From an uncultured bacterium (GTDB lineage: Bacteria > Auribacterota > Erginobacteria > Erginobacterales > Erginobacteraceae), in NCBI GenBank assembly GCA_963822585.1, contig CAWGIE010000007.1:128001-192000 (forward strand): a stretch of 64,000 nt of DNA, read 5' to 3'. Every line of letters begins with the position of its first letter. Positions within the stretch are counted from its first letter, which is position 1. The notes below the pieces were generated by a model that made no database searches, was not told the DNA's origin, and saw only the letters and a program-made list of their open reading frames with translations. The position numbers were made by a program, and so were the translations under genes. Positions 51,854 through 61,416 of this stretch are shown piece by piece.

Positions 51854-52237
51854 ATGTTATATATTATTTTTGCCTATGTAACTGTTTTCCTCCACCTGAC
51901 CTTCATTATCTTCGTTCCGCTGGGGGGGTTTTTAGTCCTCCGGCGGAGGTGGTGGGCCTGGATTCATGTCCCCGTCTTCGCCTGGGGGGCGGCGATATCG
52001 TTCGGAGGCTGGATCTGCCCCCTGACACCGCTGGAGAACTGGCTCCGGCACAAAGGCGGGGAACTGGGGTACGGCGGGGGATTCATCGACCACTACATCC
52101 TGCCCGTCATCTATCCCGGCAACCTGACCCGAAGCATCCAGATCGCCCTTGGCATCGGCGTCCTCGCCGTCAACCTCACCATCTACGCCATTGTCATCCA
52201 CCGGGCAGTCCGTAAAAAGAACTCTGTTGCGTCCTAG
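51854..52237 (+). CDS. DUF2784-like membrane protein
   Basis: H..FI.F...GG, CPLTPLENWLR, GFIDHYI. Confidence 0.85.
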   Translation: MLYIIFAYVTVFLHLTFIIFVPLGGFLVLRRRWWAWIHVPVFAWGAAISFGGWICPLTPLENWLRHKGGELGYGGGFIDHYILPVIYPGNLTRSIQIALGIGVLAVNLTIYAIVIHRAVRKKNSVAS

Positions 52238-52260
52238 ACCAAAATTAAACGAGGAAAGGA

Positions 52261-53070
52261 GTGAACCGCGATATGGAGACCACCATCATCCCCAAACTGG
52301 CGCTGAGCTTTCTGATCGGGGGAGTCGTCGTATCCATGGCTACAGGGATGGCCGACCGTTTCGGGAGCAGGATCGGCGGGGTTATTGGGGGACTTCCGTC
52401 GACTGTGGTGGTGGCTCTTCTCTTCATCGGATGGATCCGGGGACCGGAGAGAGCCGCGGACGCGGCCACTCTCGTGCCGCTGGCGATCGCCTTGATCGGC
52501 CCTTTCCTGATCGTGTACGCCCTCACCGCGAAAGCCGGGTTGATCCGCTCCCTTTCCCTCACGCTCGGCACGTGGTTTGTCCTCTCGGCCCTGATCGTCC
52601 TGATCGGAATCAATAATCTCCTCCTCAGCATGATTGGAGGCGGCCTGATCTTCTGTGTCTCCTTCCTGATCCTGGAGAAGGGACTCAAGATCCGGTCCAT
52701 GCCCCGTTCGACGGGTGTCTTCAGTCTGCAAAGAGCCGTCGAGCGGGGTCTCTTCGGGGGAGGGGTGATCCTCGGCGCGGTACTTTTAAGCGAACTGGGC
52801 GGTCCGTTTATCGGGGGTATCTTTGCCTGCTTCCCGGCGGTGCTTATCTCGATCATCGTGATCGTGTACCATGAGCGGGGCCCGGCATTCTCCGTCGCCG
52901 TGGCCAAGTCCCTCATGGTCAGCGCCATAATCAATGTCGCGCTCTATGGAATCGCCGTCTATTACCTGTACCCGGCCGTCGGCATCTGGGTGGGAACGCT
53001 GATCGCCCTCGCCATCGCCTGTGTTTCAGGATACGTCACCCTCCGCTTCATCGCCCCCCGCCTCTCTTGA
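52261..53070 (+). CDS. Multi-pass membrane protein (DUF3147-like)
   Basis: Two halves with G...GG...(G/C)(L/F)P motifs. Confidence 0.7.
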   Translation: MNRDMETTIIPKLALSFLIGGVVVSMATGMADRFGSRIGGVIGGLPSTVVVALLFIGWIRGPERAADAATLVPLAIALIGPFLIVYALTAKAGLIRSLSLTLGTWFVLSALIVLIGINNLLLSMIGGGLIFCVSFLILEKGLKIRSMPRSTGVFSLQRAVERGLFGGGVILGAVLLSELGGPFIGGIFACFPAVLISIIVIVYHERGPAFSVAVAKSLMVSAIINVALYGIAVYYLYPAVGIWVGTLIALAIACVSGYVTLRFIAPRLS

Positions 53071-53340
53071 AGACAATTGGGGGCCGGTATTAAAACCCCG
53101 ATACTCCCCTGCCCCATAACAATCATATTCCACTTTTTCTGTGGCCAAATTTCTGGTAAACTTACTTGATTTTTTGGATTGCTTATCCTCTGTCTCTCGG
53201 TCTATAGCAGCCCATAACCTACTATCATGGAATTTTTTCTATGTTTGTTGGCTTTCTGAAGGGGATATTTCCAATATACATAGAAATAATTCTGCTCAAC
53301 CAATAGTTGCCGCCGAGTTGAGCCCATTACAATTATCAAT

Positions 53341-53865
53341 ATGCAACCTTATCTAAAAGTGGTTGTTGTCATTGCTTGTATATTGCTTACAGCATGCCGC
53401 GCTGATAAAGATAAAGTCGACTATACAAAAGTGGAATCCAAATCATCTCCACTGATTACTGGATTTGATAGTTATGCCAGCATAATTAGCGTGGAAAATT
53501 CTTTCTTAAAAGATAAGGAGTGGACAGTCATAGAAGATTCGAGCGAACCAAAATCTTGGCGACCTCCATTTGATACCTTTAGAATCTCATTGTCAGAATT
53601 TAAACATCTGGGGCATTCTGGTGAGCTTCAGCTTGAATTTTTCAATAATCGCCTTATGAGCACAAGGTTTTATCCAAGCGATCTCGAAAAATATCTCCAA
53701 GCACTGAGGGATCAAGGAATTGATTTAATTTCAGATGCTGAGGTAGTACTACCACCTCATACCCGAATCCGTATCTCCGGAGACAAAAGAGGTAAAACAT
53801 GTGTTGTTTGGGAGGATTATCGACTCTTCGAACAGTCAATTCGGTGGATCAGTCGTTATTCCTAA
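53341..53865 (+). CDS. AT-rich hypothetical lipoprotein (putative gene-cassette cargo)
   Basis: Lipobox LTAC; visibly lower GC than the flanks; followed by attC. Confidence 0.7.
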   Translation: MQPYLKVVVVIACILLTACRADKDKVDYTKVESKSSPLITGFDSYASIISVENSFLKDKEWTVIEDSSEPKSWRPPFDTFRISLSEFKHLGHSGELQLEFFNNRLMSTRFYPSDLEKYLQALRDQGIDLISDAEVVLPPHTRIRISGDKRGKTCVVWEDYRLFEQSIRWISRYS

Positions 53866-53870
53866 ATTGG

Positions 53871-53942
53871 GCTTAACAATTCGCTCCACCCGACTTTTGA
53901 CCGCCATACGGCGGCCAAAAGCGGGTGAGCTCGGCTTTAGTT
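53871..53942 (+). mobile_element. Integron attC-like site with a degenerate R' box
   Basis: GCTTAAC-N5-GCTC[C]ACC-CG[A]-CTTTTG..CAAAAG-CG-GGTGAGC-N5-TTTAGTT, with two extrahelical bases at the canonical positions. Confidence 0.78.
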
Positions 53943-53966
53943 CCCAGAAAAATCAGGCTATCGGCC

Positions 53967-54000
53967 TTGCATAATTATCTGGTATGATATATTGTAATAC
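53967..54000 (+). promoter_or_regulatory. Candidate TA promoter/operator
   Basis: TTGCAT-N17-TATTGT; overlapping gtat...atac inverted ends. Confidence 0.5.
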
Positions 54001-54012
54001 TGGAGGTGAATT

Positions 54013-54255
54013 ATGAGCACTTCAAAAGTAGCAATCTCAATTGAAAAGAATATCTTGCACCAATTAGACAGGCTGGTTTCATCCCACGTCTTCCCTAACC
54101 GGAGTAAAGCCATCCAGGAAGCGGTGAAGGAGAAAATCTCAAGAATAAATCATAGTCGTCTCGCCAGAGAATGCTCAAAACTGGACCCGGTCTTTGAGCG
54201 AGCCCTGGCGGAAGAAGGCCTTTCAGCGGAGGTCAACCAATGGCCCGAATATTAA
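54013..54255 (+). CDS. CopG/RHH antitoxin
   Basis: KVAISI....L..LD....FPNRS.AIQEA; overlaps the toxin start. Confidence 0.9.
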   Translation: MSTSKVAISIEKNILHQLDRLVSSHVFPNRSKAIQEAVKEKISRINHSRLARECSKLDPVFERALAEEGLSAEVNQWPEY

Positions 54256-54578
54256 GGGGAGACATCCTCTGGGCCGATCTAAATCCGATCAGGGGACATG
54301 AGCAGGCGGGCATGCGTCCGGTGCTTATTCTCAGTCACGACGTTTTTAATGAACGTTCAGGAACAGTAATAGCCATGGCACTCACAAGCCAGCCCCAGCA
54401 CGCAGGGTTCCCTCTGACATTCCAACTATCGAGTTCCAAGCTTCCTAAAAAGTCATGGGTCAAGATAAGTCAGATCCGGACTCTTTCGATTCAACGCATC
54501 GGAAAGAAGATCGGAAAATCATCGCCCGAGGAACTCAATCTCATAATCGAAGGCCTGAACGAGATTATCGGGGGCTAA
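54240..54578 (+). CDS. mazF: PemK/MazF toxin
   Basis: RGDI.WADL.P..G.EQ.G.RP, QIRTLS..R. Confidence 0.92.
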   Translation: MARILRGDILWADLNPIRGHEQAGMRPVLILSHDVFNERSGTVIAMALTSQPQHAGFPLTFQLSSSKLPKKSWVKISQIRTLSIQRIGKKIGKSSPEELNLIIEGLNEIIGG

Positions 54579-54850
54579 CCTAATTTATTCCTATTTGCGG
54601 GCGGGAATAAATCGGATTCCGGAGTATCGCGAAGTTCAGCGGGGCCGGCGGCGGAGCCGTCCGATCCGTGGATAAGGTTAAACAACCGATCACCGTGTCT
54701 TCGCTGACTCAAAAGAAGCGGAGCGGACAAATCTTGCTCGATCGAGCAGATATTGTCCGTTCCGCTTTCGCTTTTCTTCACACTGTCGTCCGGCTATAAT
54801 GGGAGCGGCTGAGATTGGCTGCACGGGGACCTCTTAAGGAGCAGGCTGCT

Positions 54851-56107
54851 ATGTCACCGCGACCCGGTTTTCACTATGCCTGGATCATCCTGATCGTCGG
54901 GATACTGGTCACCTTCAGCGCGGTCGGGCTGGCCCGCTTCGGTTACACGACGGTGCTGCCCTCGATGCAGGCGGCCCTGAAGATGGACAACACCGAGGCG
55001 GGGGCGATCGCGACCGCGACCATGCTCGGCTACCTCTTCCTCTCCGTGATCGGCGGGGCTCTGGCCGCGCGATACGGCCCGCGGGCGATTATCACGGCCG
55101 GTTTGGCCCTGGCCGGGGGAAGCATGCTGCTCACGGGGTTGGCGAACGGGTTCTTGGCGGCCCTGCTCTGGCGGGGATTGACCGGGATCGGCAGCGGGGC
55201 GAGCAATATCCCGATGATGGCACTGATGGCGGCCTGGTTCGCGCCCCGGCGACGGGGGCTGGCGGTGGGGATCACCGTGACGGGATCCGCGGCCGGGCTC
55301 ATTTTCGTCGGCCCCCTGGTACCCCGTGTCCTCTCCTCTTACGGTGCCGACGGCTGGCGGGTCTGCTGGTTCATCTTCGGGGGTATAACCCTCACTGTGG
55401 CGGCGGCGAGCGTCCTTTTTCTGCGAAACCGGCCCTCCGTGAAAGGGATTGAGCCCCTGGGCGCCGGCCCCGGCGACTTACCTTGCCCTTCCGGAACAGG
55501 CCCTCTCCAGTGGAGAAAGGTCTATCGGTCAGCGCCGGTCTGGTACCTGGGCCTGGTCTATATCGCTTTCGGCTTCGCCTATATCATCTATATGACCTTC
55601 TTCGTCAAGTACCTGGTCGCCGATGGAGGTTACAGCACGGCGGCCGCCGGCCGGCTCTTCATGACGGTAGGCTGGATAAGCCTCTTGTGCGGTCTCCTCT
55701 GGGGAATGCTCTCCGACATAATCGGCCGCAAACGGGCCCTGGTCTGCATCTACCTGATGCACGCGGTCTCCTTCAGCCTCTTCGCCCTCTGGCCCGAACC
55801 GGCCGGTTTTACTCTGTCGGCGGTCATTTTCGGGCTCTCGGCCTGGAGCATGCCGGCGGTCATGGCCGCCGCCTGCGGCGATCTTCTCGGCCCCCGGCTG
55901 GCCCCGGCGGGTCTCGGCTTCGTCACGCTCTTCTTCGGCGTCGGGCAGGCGATCGGCCCCAGCGCGGCCGGAGCGATCGCGGACGCCGCCGGGTCGCTCG
56001 CCCCGGCCATGCTCCTGGCCGGGGCTGTTTCCCTGCTGGGAGCGCTCGGGGCGGCACTGCTCCGGCCGGTCGATTCGAGGTTGAATTTCCCGCCGGGCAA
56101 AGAGTAG
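54851..56107 (+). CDS. MFS transporter (YbfB/YjiJ-like)
   Basis: GLARF.Y..LP.M; 12 TM segments; G.L..R.G.R and SD.IGRK. Confidence 0.88.
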   Translation: MSPRPGFHYAWIILIVGILVTFSAVGLARFGYTTVLPSMQAALKMDNTEAGAIATATMLGYLFLSVIGGALAARYGPRAIITAGLALAGGSMLLTGLANGFLAALLWRGLTGIGSGASNIPMMALMAAWFAPRRRGLAVGITVTGSAAGLIFVGPLVPRVLSSYGADGWRVCWFIFGGITLTVAAASVLFLRNRPSVKGIEPLGAGPGDLPCPSGTGPLQWRKVYRSAPVWYLGLVYIAFGFAYIIYMTFFVKYLVADGGYSTAAAGRLFMTVGWISLLCGLLWGMLSDIIGRKRALVCIYLMHAVSFSLFALWPEPAGFTLSAVIFGLSAWSMPAVMAAACGDLLGPRLAPAGLGFVTLFFGVGQAIGPSAAGAIADAAGSLAPAMLLAGAVSLLGALGAALLRPVDSRLNFPPGKE

Positions 56108-56114
56108 GATAAAA

Positions 56115-56753
56115 ATGATGAAACATTGCAAACAGCCCGGGGAGAAAGCGGGATGTGACGCCCGTCTCATCAACCGCCTGCTTCAGGTGATGGAGGACGA
56201 GATCGTCCCCCTGACCCGCCGGGAAGTCGAAAAAGGGAACAAGATTTTCGGGGCCGCGATCCTCCGGAAAGGCGACCTCTCCACCGTTATCGTCGGTGTG
56301 AACCACGAGACGGAAAATCCTCTCTGGCACGGCGAGGTGTACACCATCAAGCTGTTATACGAACTTCCCCGCTCCGAGCGGCCCGATCCGAAAAAATGTA
56401 TCTTTTTCTCGACTCACGAGCCCTGCCCGATGTGCCTCTCCGCCATCACCTGGGCCGGGTTCGACAATTTCTACTACTTTTTCAGTCACGAGGATTCCCG
56501 CGACGCTTTCCGGATCGGCCATGATCTGAAGATCCTGAAAGAAGTCTTCAAACAGGACCCCGGGGGGTACGCGCGGGAGAACAGCTACTGGACAGGCTAC
56601 AGCCTGAGGGATCTCATCAACAACTGCGATAAAAATATCAGGGATGGTTTTCTCGCCCGCGTCGAGCGGCTGAAAAATGACTACCGGGAACTGTCCGGCG
56701 TCTATCAGAAAAATAAAAACAAAATAAACCCGAAGGATATTCCCCTCCGCTAA
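56115..56753 (+). CDS. Nucleoside/guanine deaminase family protein
   Basis: PLWHGE and EPCPMC zinc motifs. Confidence 0.9.
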   Translation: MMKHCKQPGEKAGCDARLINRLLQVMEDEIVPLTRREVEKGNKIFGAAILRKGDLSTVIVGVNHETENPLWHGEVYTIKLLYELPRSERPDPKKCIFFSTHEPCPMCLSAITWAGFDNFYYFFSHEDSRDAFRIGHDLKILKEVFKQDPGGYARENSYWTGYSLRDLINNCDKNIRDGFLARVERLKNDYRELSGVYQKNKNKINPKDIPLR

Positions 56754-56758
56754 AAGGC

Positions 56759-57384
56759 ATGGATAACCTGCGGAAAAAAACGGCAATCGCGGCCGCAATC
56801 GGGCTCGCTCTCTACCTGGTATTTTTTCTCTTCCTCGACCGTGCTGTGGATCTCCGGGTGCATAACACCTGGTCGGACACCTGCCTTTTCCGGCTTGGCG
56901 CCGATATCTCCTATTCCGCCCAGGGATCGTATTTCGATCTGGCCATCGCCGTCTGCGCTATTTTCGTCATCATCCGCGACCCGGGTCTGAAAAAACGCTG
57001 GACCAGAAACCTGCTTTACCTCTGCATCAGCATCTCGATGGCGATCATTGTCGGGGAAGGGCTCAAATTCCTGCTCGGCCGTTACCGTCCCGTAATGCTG
57101 TTCGAGCATAACCTCTACGGGTTCACCTTCTTCTCATCGGAATGGGCGCGGAATTCAACACCTTCCGGCCACACCCTGCGGGCGTTCTCGTTAATGATCG
57201 CCCTTTCTCTCCTCTTCCGGCGTTGGACCGCCATCTTTATTCCATCGCCGTCCTGATCGGCCTCAGCCGGGTAGCGGTCACCGCCCATTACCCCTCGGAC
57301 GTGCTCTTCGGCGCCTTTATCGGGGCGTTCACCGCCCTCTGGACGTATAAGTTTTTCTTCGGCAAGAAAGAAACGTCCGTATAA
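56759..57384 (+). CDS. PAP2 family phosphatase (frameshift near 57240)
   Basis: K....R.RP and PSGH in frame 1; SRV....HYPSDV in frame 2. Confidence 0.85.
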
Positions 57385-57748
57385 AGGATTAAAAGCGGAA
57401 CTTCAGACGTCGAACAAATGAAGTGCCTAAAGGTGAAAAAACTGTTGTATCGCCGCCTTCGGCGGCTTGTAGGACCTCCGCCAGAGGCGGATTGTAGGAA
57501 ATGTAGGATCGCTTCGCTTGCTTCGTATCTTAGTGGTTATCAAAGGGAGCGTGTACGGGAAGAATCTGAGTAATCTGTGTCCCCGCAAAGCGACTTCGTC
57601 GCCGCGGGATAAAAATCCGTGGACTGCAAAGGGGCCGAGGCGGGGATTAATTCGCGAAATTCGTAGTTTTTATTCCAGGGGCCGTGGCGGGGGAACAATT
57701 GGTGTAAATTAGTGTGATTAGTGGATTGAAAAGGGGGCGAGGCGGGGA

Positions 57749-58315
57749 TCAGCCGAGCATCTTCCGCACGTCGACGGCGTCCATCCCGGCACGGTGCGCC
57801 GCCATCAGGCCCAGGTCGCTGTCCTCGTAGACGCAGCACTCGCCGGGCTTGACCCCCATCCGGCGGGCGGCTGCCAGGAAAATATCCGGGGCCGGCTTGG
57901 GGTTGTGGACGTCTTCGGCGCAGACCAGGACGTCAAACCATTCCCGCATCCCGATCTGCTGGAGCGTTCTTTCGGTGAGCTTCCGGTGGCTGCCGGTGGC
58001 CACCGCCATCGGGACCCGCCCCCGGTTACGGCGGGCAACCGCGGCGACCTTCCCCACCGGACGAATTTTTTCGACCTGCTCCATGAAAGCCCGGTCTTTC
58101 TCCCGGGCCACCTCTCCCGCGTCGACCGTGACCCCGGCTTCCCGGGCCAGAATCTCCACCACTCCTCTCGCCGGGACACCGCCCAGGGAATAAAAACGCT
58201 CCTCCGACAGCGGTATACCGTACCGGCCGAGGACCTCTTTCCAGGTGGCGAAATGGGCCGGCATGGTGTCGGCCAGTGTCCCGTCGCAGTCGAAAATAAG
58301 CCCCGCGTACTCCAT
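57749..58315 (-). CDS. HAD phosphatase (YqaB/beta-PGM-like)
   Basis: FDCDGTL, ATGS, KPAPD, YEDS. Confidence 0.92.
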   Translation of the reverse strand: MEYAGLIFDCDGTLADTMPAHFATWKEVLGRYGIPLSEERFYSLGGVPARGVVEILAREAGVTVDAGEVAREKDRAFMEQVEKIRPVGKVAAVARRNRGRVPMAVATGSHRKLTERTLQQIGMREWFDVLVCAEDVHNPKPAPDIFLAAARRMGVKPGECCVYEDSDLGLMAAHRAGMDAVDVRKMLG

Positions 58316-58504
58316 CCTTACCCCTTATCCCTTACCCCTTACTTTCTGAACCGCGAAGATGCGAAAAGCGGGGATAAAAGGGCGGTAAATCCCTTGGACG
58401 TTGAGCGTTGAACGTTTTTTAACCCGAGATGACCGGAGGTCATTTTTCGGGTCGACGTTCTGCTTTTAATCTTTTCCTTACCCCTTATCCCTTACCCCTT
58501 ATCT

Positions 58505-60163
58505 CTATCCTTCCACCCCTGCCTTCTCAAAAGCCGCGGCCACGATGACCCTGGCCTCGCCCTGGATCGCTTCCAGGTGTTCCCGGCCCAGAAAACTCTC
58601 GGCGTAAATCTTGTAGATGTCCTCCGTCCCGGAGGGGCGGGCGGCGAACCAGCCGTTCTCCGCCACCACCTTCAGGCCTCCGATCGGGGCCCCGTTCCCG
58701 GGCGCCGCGGTCAGTTTGGCGATGATCTTTTCCCCGGCCAGCGACCCGGCCTCGACCATATCCGGGGAAAGACTTTTCAGCGCCTTTTTCTGCGTCGGCG
58801 TCGCCGGCGCGTCCAATCGTTCGTAGACCGGGCTGCCGAACTTCTTTTCCAGGTCGCGGTAATGCTCGGACGGGTCTTGTCCCGTACGGGCCGTGATCTC
58901 GGCGGCCAGAAGATCCATGATGATGCCGTCCTTGTCCGTCGTCCAGACCGTCCCGTCCAGCCGGAGGAAGGAGGCGCCCGCGCTTTCCTCCCCGCCGAAA
59001 CCGAGCGAGCCGTCCAGGAGCCCGTCCACGAACCACTTGAAGCCGACCGGGACTTCGCAGAGGGCGCGGCCGATATCGGCCGTCACCCGGTCGATCATCG
59101 TGCTCGAGACCAGGGTCTTGCCGACCGCCGCCTGGCGTGACCAGCCGGGACGGTTCTGAAAAAGATAGCTGACCGCTACCGAGAGATAGTGGTTGGGGTT
59201 CATCAGGCCGGCGCTTCTGGTGACGATCCCGTGACGATCATGGTCGGTGTCGTTTCCGAAGGCGATATCGAAATCGTCCTTGAGCTTGATCAGGGACGCC
59301 ATGGCGTAGGGCGAGGAGCAGTCCATCCGGATCTTCCCGTCTTTATCCACGGTCATGAAGGAGAAGGTCGGGTCGACGCGCCGGTTCACCACCGTCACCT
59401 TCAACCCGTACCGCTCGGCGATGGGGTCCCAGAAGGCGACACCGGCCCCGCCCAGGGGGTCGGCCCCGATGGAGAGACCGGAGGCGGCGATCTCATCCAT
59501 CATGATAATCTTTCCCAGGTCATTCACGTAGGGAGTGATGTAATCGTACTCATGAGTGGTGGAAGCGCTCCGGGCGGCCGAGAGGGGTATCCGTTTAACC
59601 TCTCTTAACCCCCCGGCCAGGAGGTCGTTCGCCCGGTCCTCGATCAGCGTGGTGGTCTCGGTATCGGCGGGGCCCCCGTTCGGCGGGTTGTACTTGAACC
59701 CGCCGTCGGACGGCGGGTTATGGGAGGGGGTGATCACCACCCCGTCGGCCAACCCCGATTTCCGGCCTTTATTGTATGTGAGAATGGCATGGGAGATGAC
59801 CGGGGTGGGGGTATATCCCAGTCCCTTCTGGATCATGATCTCGACCCCGTTGCCGGCGAAAACCTCGATGGCGGTGGAGAGGGCCGGCTCGGAGAGCGCG
59901 TGGGTGTCCATCCCCAAGTACAGCGGACCGCTGTACCCCCGGGTTTTCCGGAACTCGCAGATGGCCTGGGAGACGGCCAGGATGTGATCCTCGTTGAAGC
60001 TGTTATCGAAAGACGATCCCCGATGGCCGGAGGTGCCGAAGGCGACCTTTTGAGCGGGGTCGGCCGGATCGGGATGACCCGTGTAGTAAGCCGAGATCAG
60101 TCTCGGCACGTTGACAAGCAACTCCGGGGGCGCGGGTTTTCCCGCGTATTTGCTGATACTCAT
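58505..60163 (-). CDS. pgm: Phosphoglucomutase
   Basis: [33 protein letters not shown]. Confidence 0.96.
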   Translation of the reverse strand: MSISKYAGKPAPPELLVNVPRLISAYYTGHPDPADPAQKVAFGTSGHRGSSFDNSFNEDHILAVSQAICEFRKTRGYSGPLYLGMDTHALSEPALSTAIEVFAGNGVEIMIQKGLGYTPTPVISHAILTYNKGRKSGLADGVVITPSHNPPSDGGFKYNPPNGGPADTETTTLIEDRANDLLAGGLREVKRIPLSAARSASTTHEYDYITPYVNDLGKIIMMDEIAASGLSIGADPLGGAGVAFWDPIAERYGLKVTVVNRRVDPTFSFMTVDKDGKIRMDCSSPYAMASLIKLKDDFDIAFGNDTDHDRHGIVTRSAGLMNPNHYLSVAVSYLFQNRPGWSRQAAVGKTLVSSTMIDRVTADIGRALCEVPVGFKWFVDGLLDGSLGFGGEESAGASFLRLDGTVWTTDKDGIIMDLLAAEITARTGQDPSEHYRDLEKKFGSPVYERLDAPATPTQKKALKSLSPDMVEAGSLAGEKIIAKLTAAPGNGAPIGGLKVVAENGWFAARPSGTEDIYKIYAESFLGREHLEAIQGEARVIVAAAFEKAGVEG

Positions 60164-60260
60164 GGCAACCTCTCCTTTATTATTTTTACTTCCTAAAAAT
60201 AATAACTGTACATTATTTTTGTCCTGTCGAAATTATAATGTTACAGTACCGGGTTCTAAA

Positions 60261-61370
60261 ATGAAAATCTATTATCCATCAAGAAATATATCACTCATTA
60301 TCGCGATGGGCGTACTGCTGGCCCTGGCCGGGGGATGTCACACCCGGGAGAAAGCAGAAAAAAAGACCGAAAAACCAGCGGCCGGCTCTTCGCCCGGTCC
60401 CTCACTGCCACTGGAGCCGTCGGTCTGGGACGGATTCGTCTTCCCCACCGACCAGCATGCCCTTCTGGACGCTGATCCGACCGGCGCTTTTCAGCCGACC
60501 GCCTCCGGCAAAACGGAGTCGGCTTTCTACGGCTCCGTCCGGACTACCCGGCAGGGCAAAAGGCTGCTCTCTTCCTTCCACGAAGGGATAGATATCGCCG
60601 CCTGCCGGCGGGACCGGAAGCGGAACCCTCTTGACCGGATCTACGCGGTCGCCGACGGCACCGTTGCCTATGTCAATACCATCGCGGGAAATTCTACTTA
60701 CGGCCGCTATGTCGTCCTCACTCATGACGACCCTCTGGGTCCGGTATTCACGCTCTACGCCCATCTGGCCAAGATCTCTTCCGGCCTGAAACCGGGACGT
60801 CAGGTCCGGGCGGGTGAAGTCCTGGGGGTCATGGGCAACAGCGGGTTATTGAAAATCCCCCTTTACCGCGCGCACCTTCACTTCGAAGTCGGCATGATCC
60901 TCAATCTCCGGTTTGTCGAATGGGCCCGTTCCCGGAAGATGAAGGCCGATCACGGCGTCTACAACGGCTGGAACCTGCTGGGGATGGACCCATTGGCCTT
61001 CATGAACGCCGTCAAAAGCTCAGAGCACTTTTCTTTTCAGAGCTATCTCGAATCCATCTCCGTCGCCTTCGAGGTTGTTTTTAATGTCCGGCGGCTGCCC
61101 GACTATTTCCGCAGATACCCGATGCTCTGGAACGGCCCCGATTTCAGCGCGGGAACCATCACGATCGCCTGCTCCGAAAACGGGATTCCTCTCAACGGGC
61201 GCGCCGCCAACCGGGCGGAGAAGGAGGCCCTGGGAGAGAAAAAGCAGATCGTCCGCAAAGTGAACCGGGAGGCCCTGGGCCGGAACGGCTGCCACCTGAT
61301 CTCTTTCCAGAAAGGGAACTGGACCCTGGGGAAAAAGGGTGAACGGTGGCTTTCTCTGCTTACTTATTAA
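60261..61370 (+). CDS. M23 family peptidase lipoprotein
   Basis: Lipobox AGGC; HEGID, YAHL, HLHFE. Confidence 0.88.
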   Translation: MKIYYPSRNISLIIAMGVLLALAGGCHTREKAEKKTEKPAAGSSPGPSLPLEPSVWDGFVFPTDQHALLDADPTGAFQPTASGKTESAFYGSVRTTRQGKRLLSSFHEGIDIAACRRDRKRNPLDRIYAVADGTVAYVNTIAGNSTYGRYVVLTHDDPLGPVFTLYAHLAKISSGLKPGRQVRAGEVLGVMGNSGLLKIPLYRAHLHFEVGMILNLRFVEWARSRKMKADHGVYNGWNLLGMDPLAFMNAVKSSEHFSFQSYLESISVAFEVVFNVRRLPDYFRRYPMLWNGPDFSAGTITIACSENGIPLNGRAANRAEKEALGEKKQIVRKVNREALGRNGCHLISFQKGNWTLGKKGERWLSLLTY

Positions 61371-61416
61371 TCCTTATTGGACAAAACAGGTAAAGCGTTT
61401 TTCGTCCAATAAGGAA

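Noticed and set aside
53141..53356. 71-aa ORF upstream of the lipoprotein cassette
   Set aside because: GTG start without RBS, no motifs, and it runs through the collapsed attC.
54572..54625. Second attC after mazF (GCTAAC at the stop plus a hairpin)
   Set aside because: No L boxes or GTTRRRY at the proper spacing; more likely a simple terminator-like hairpin.
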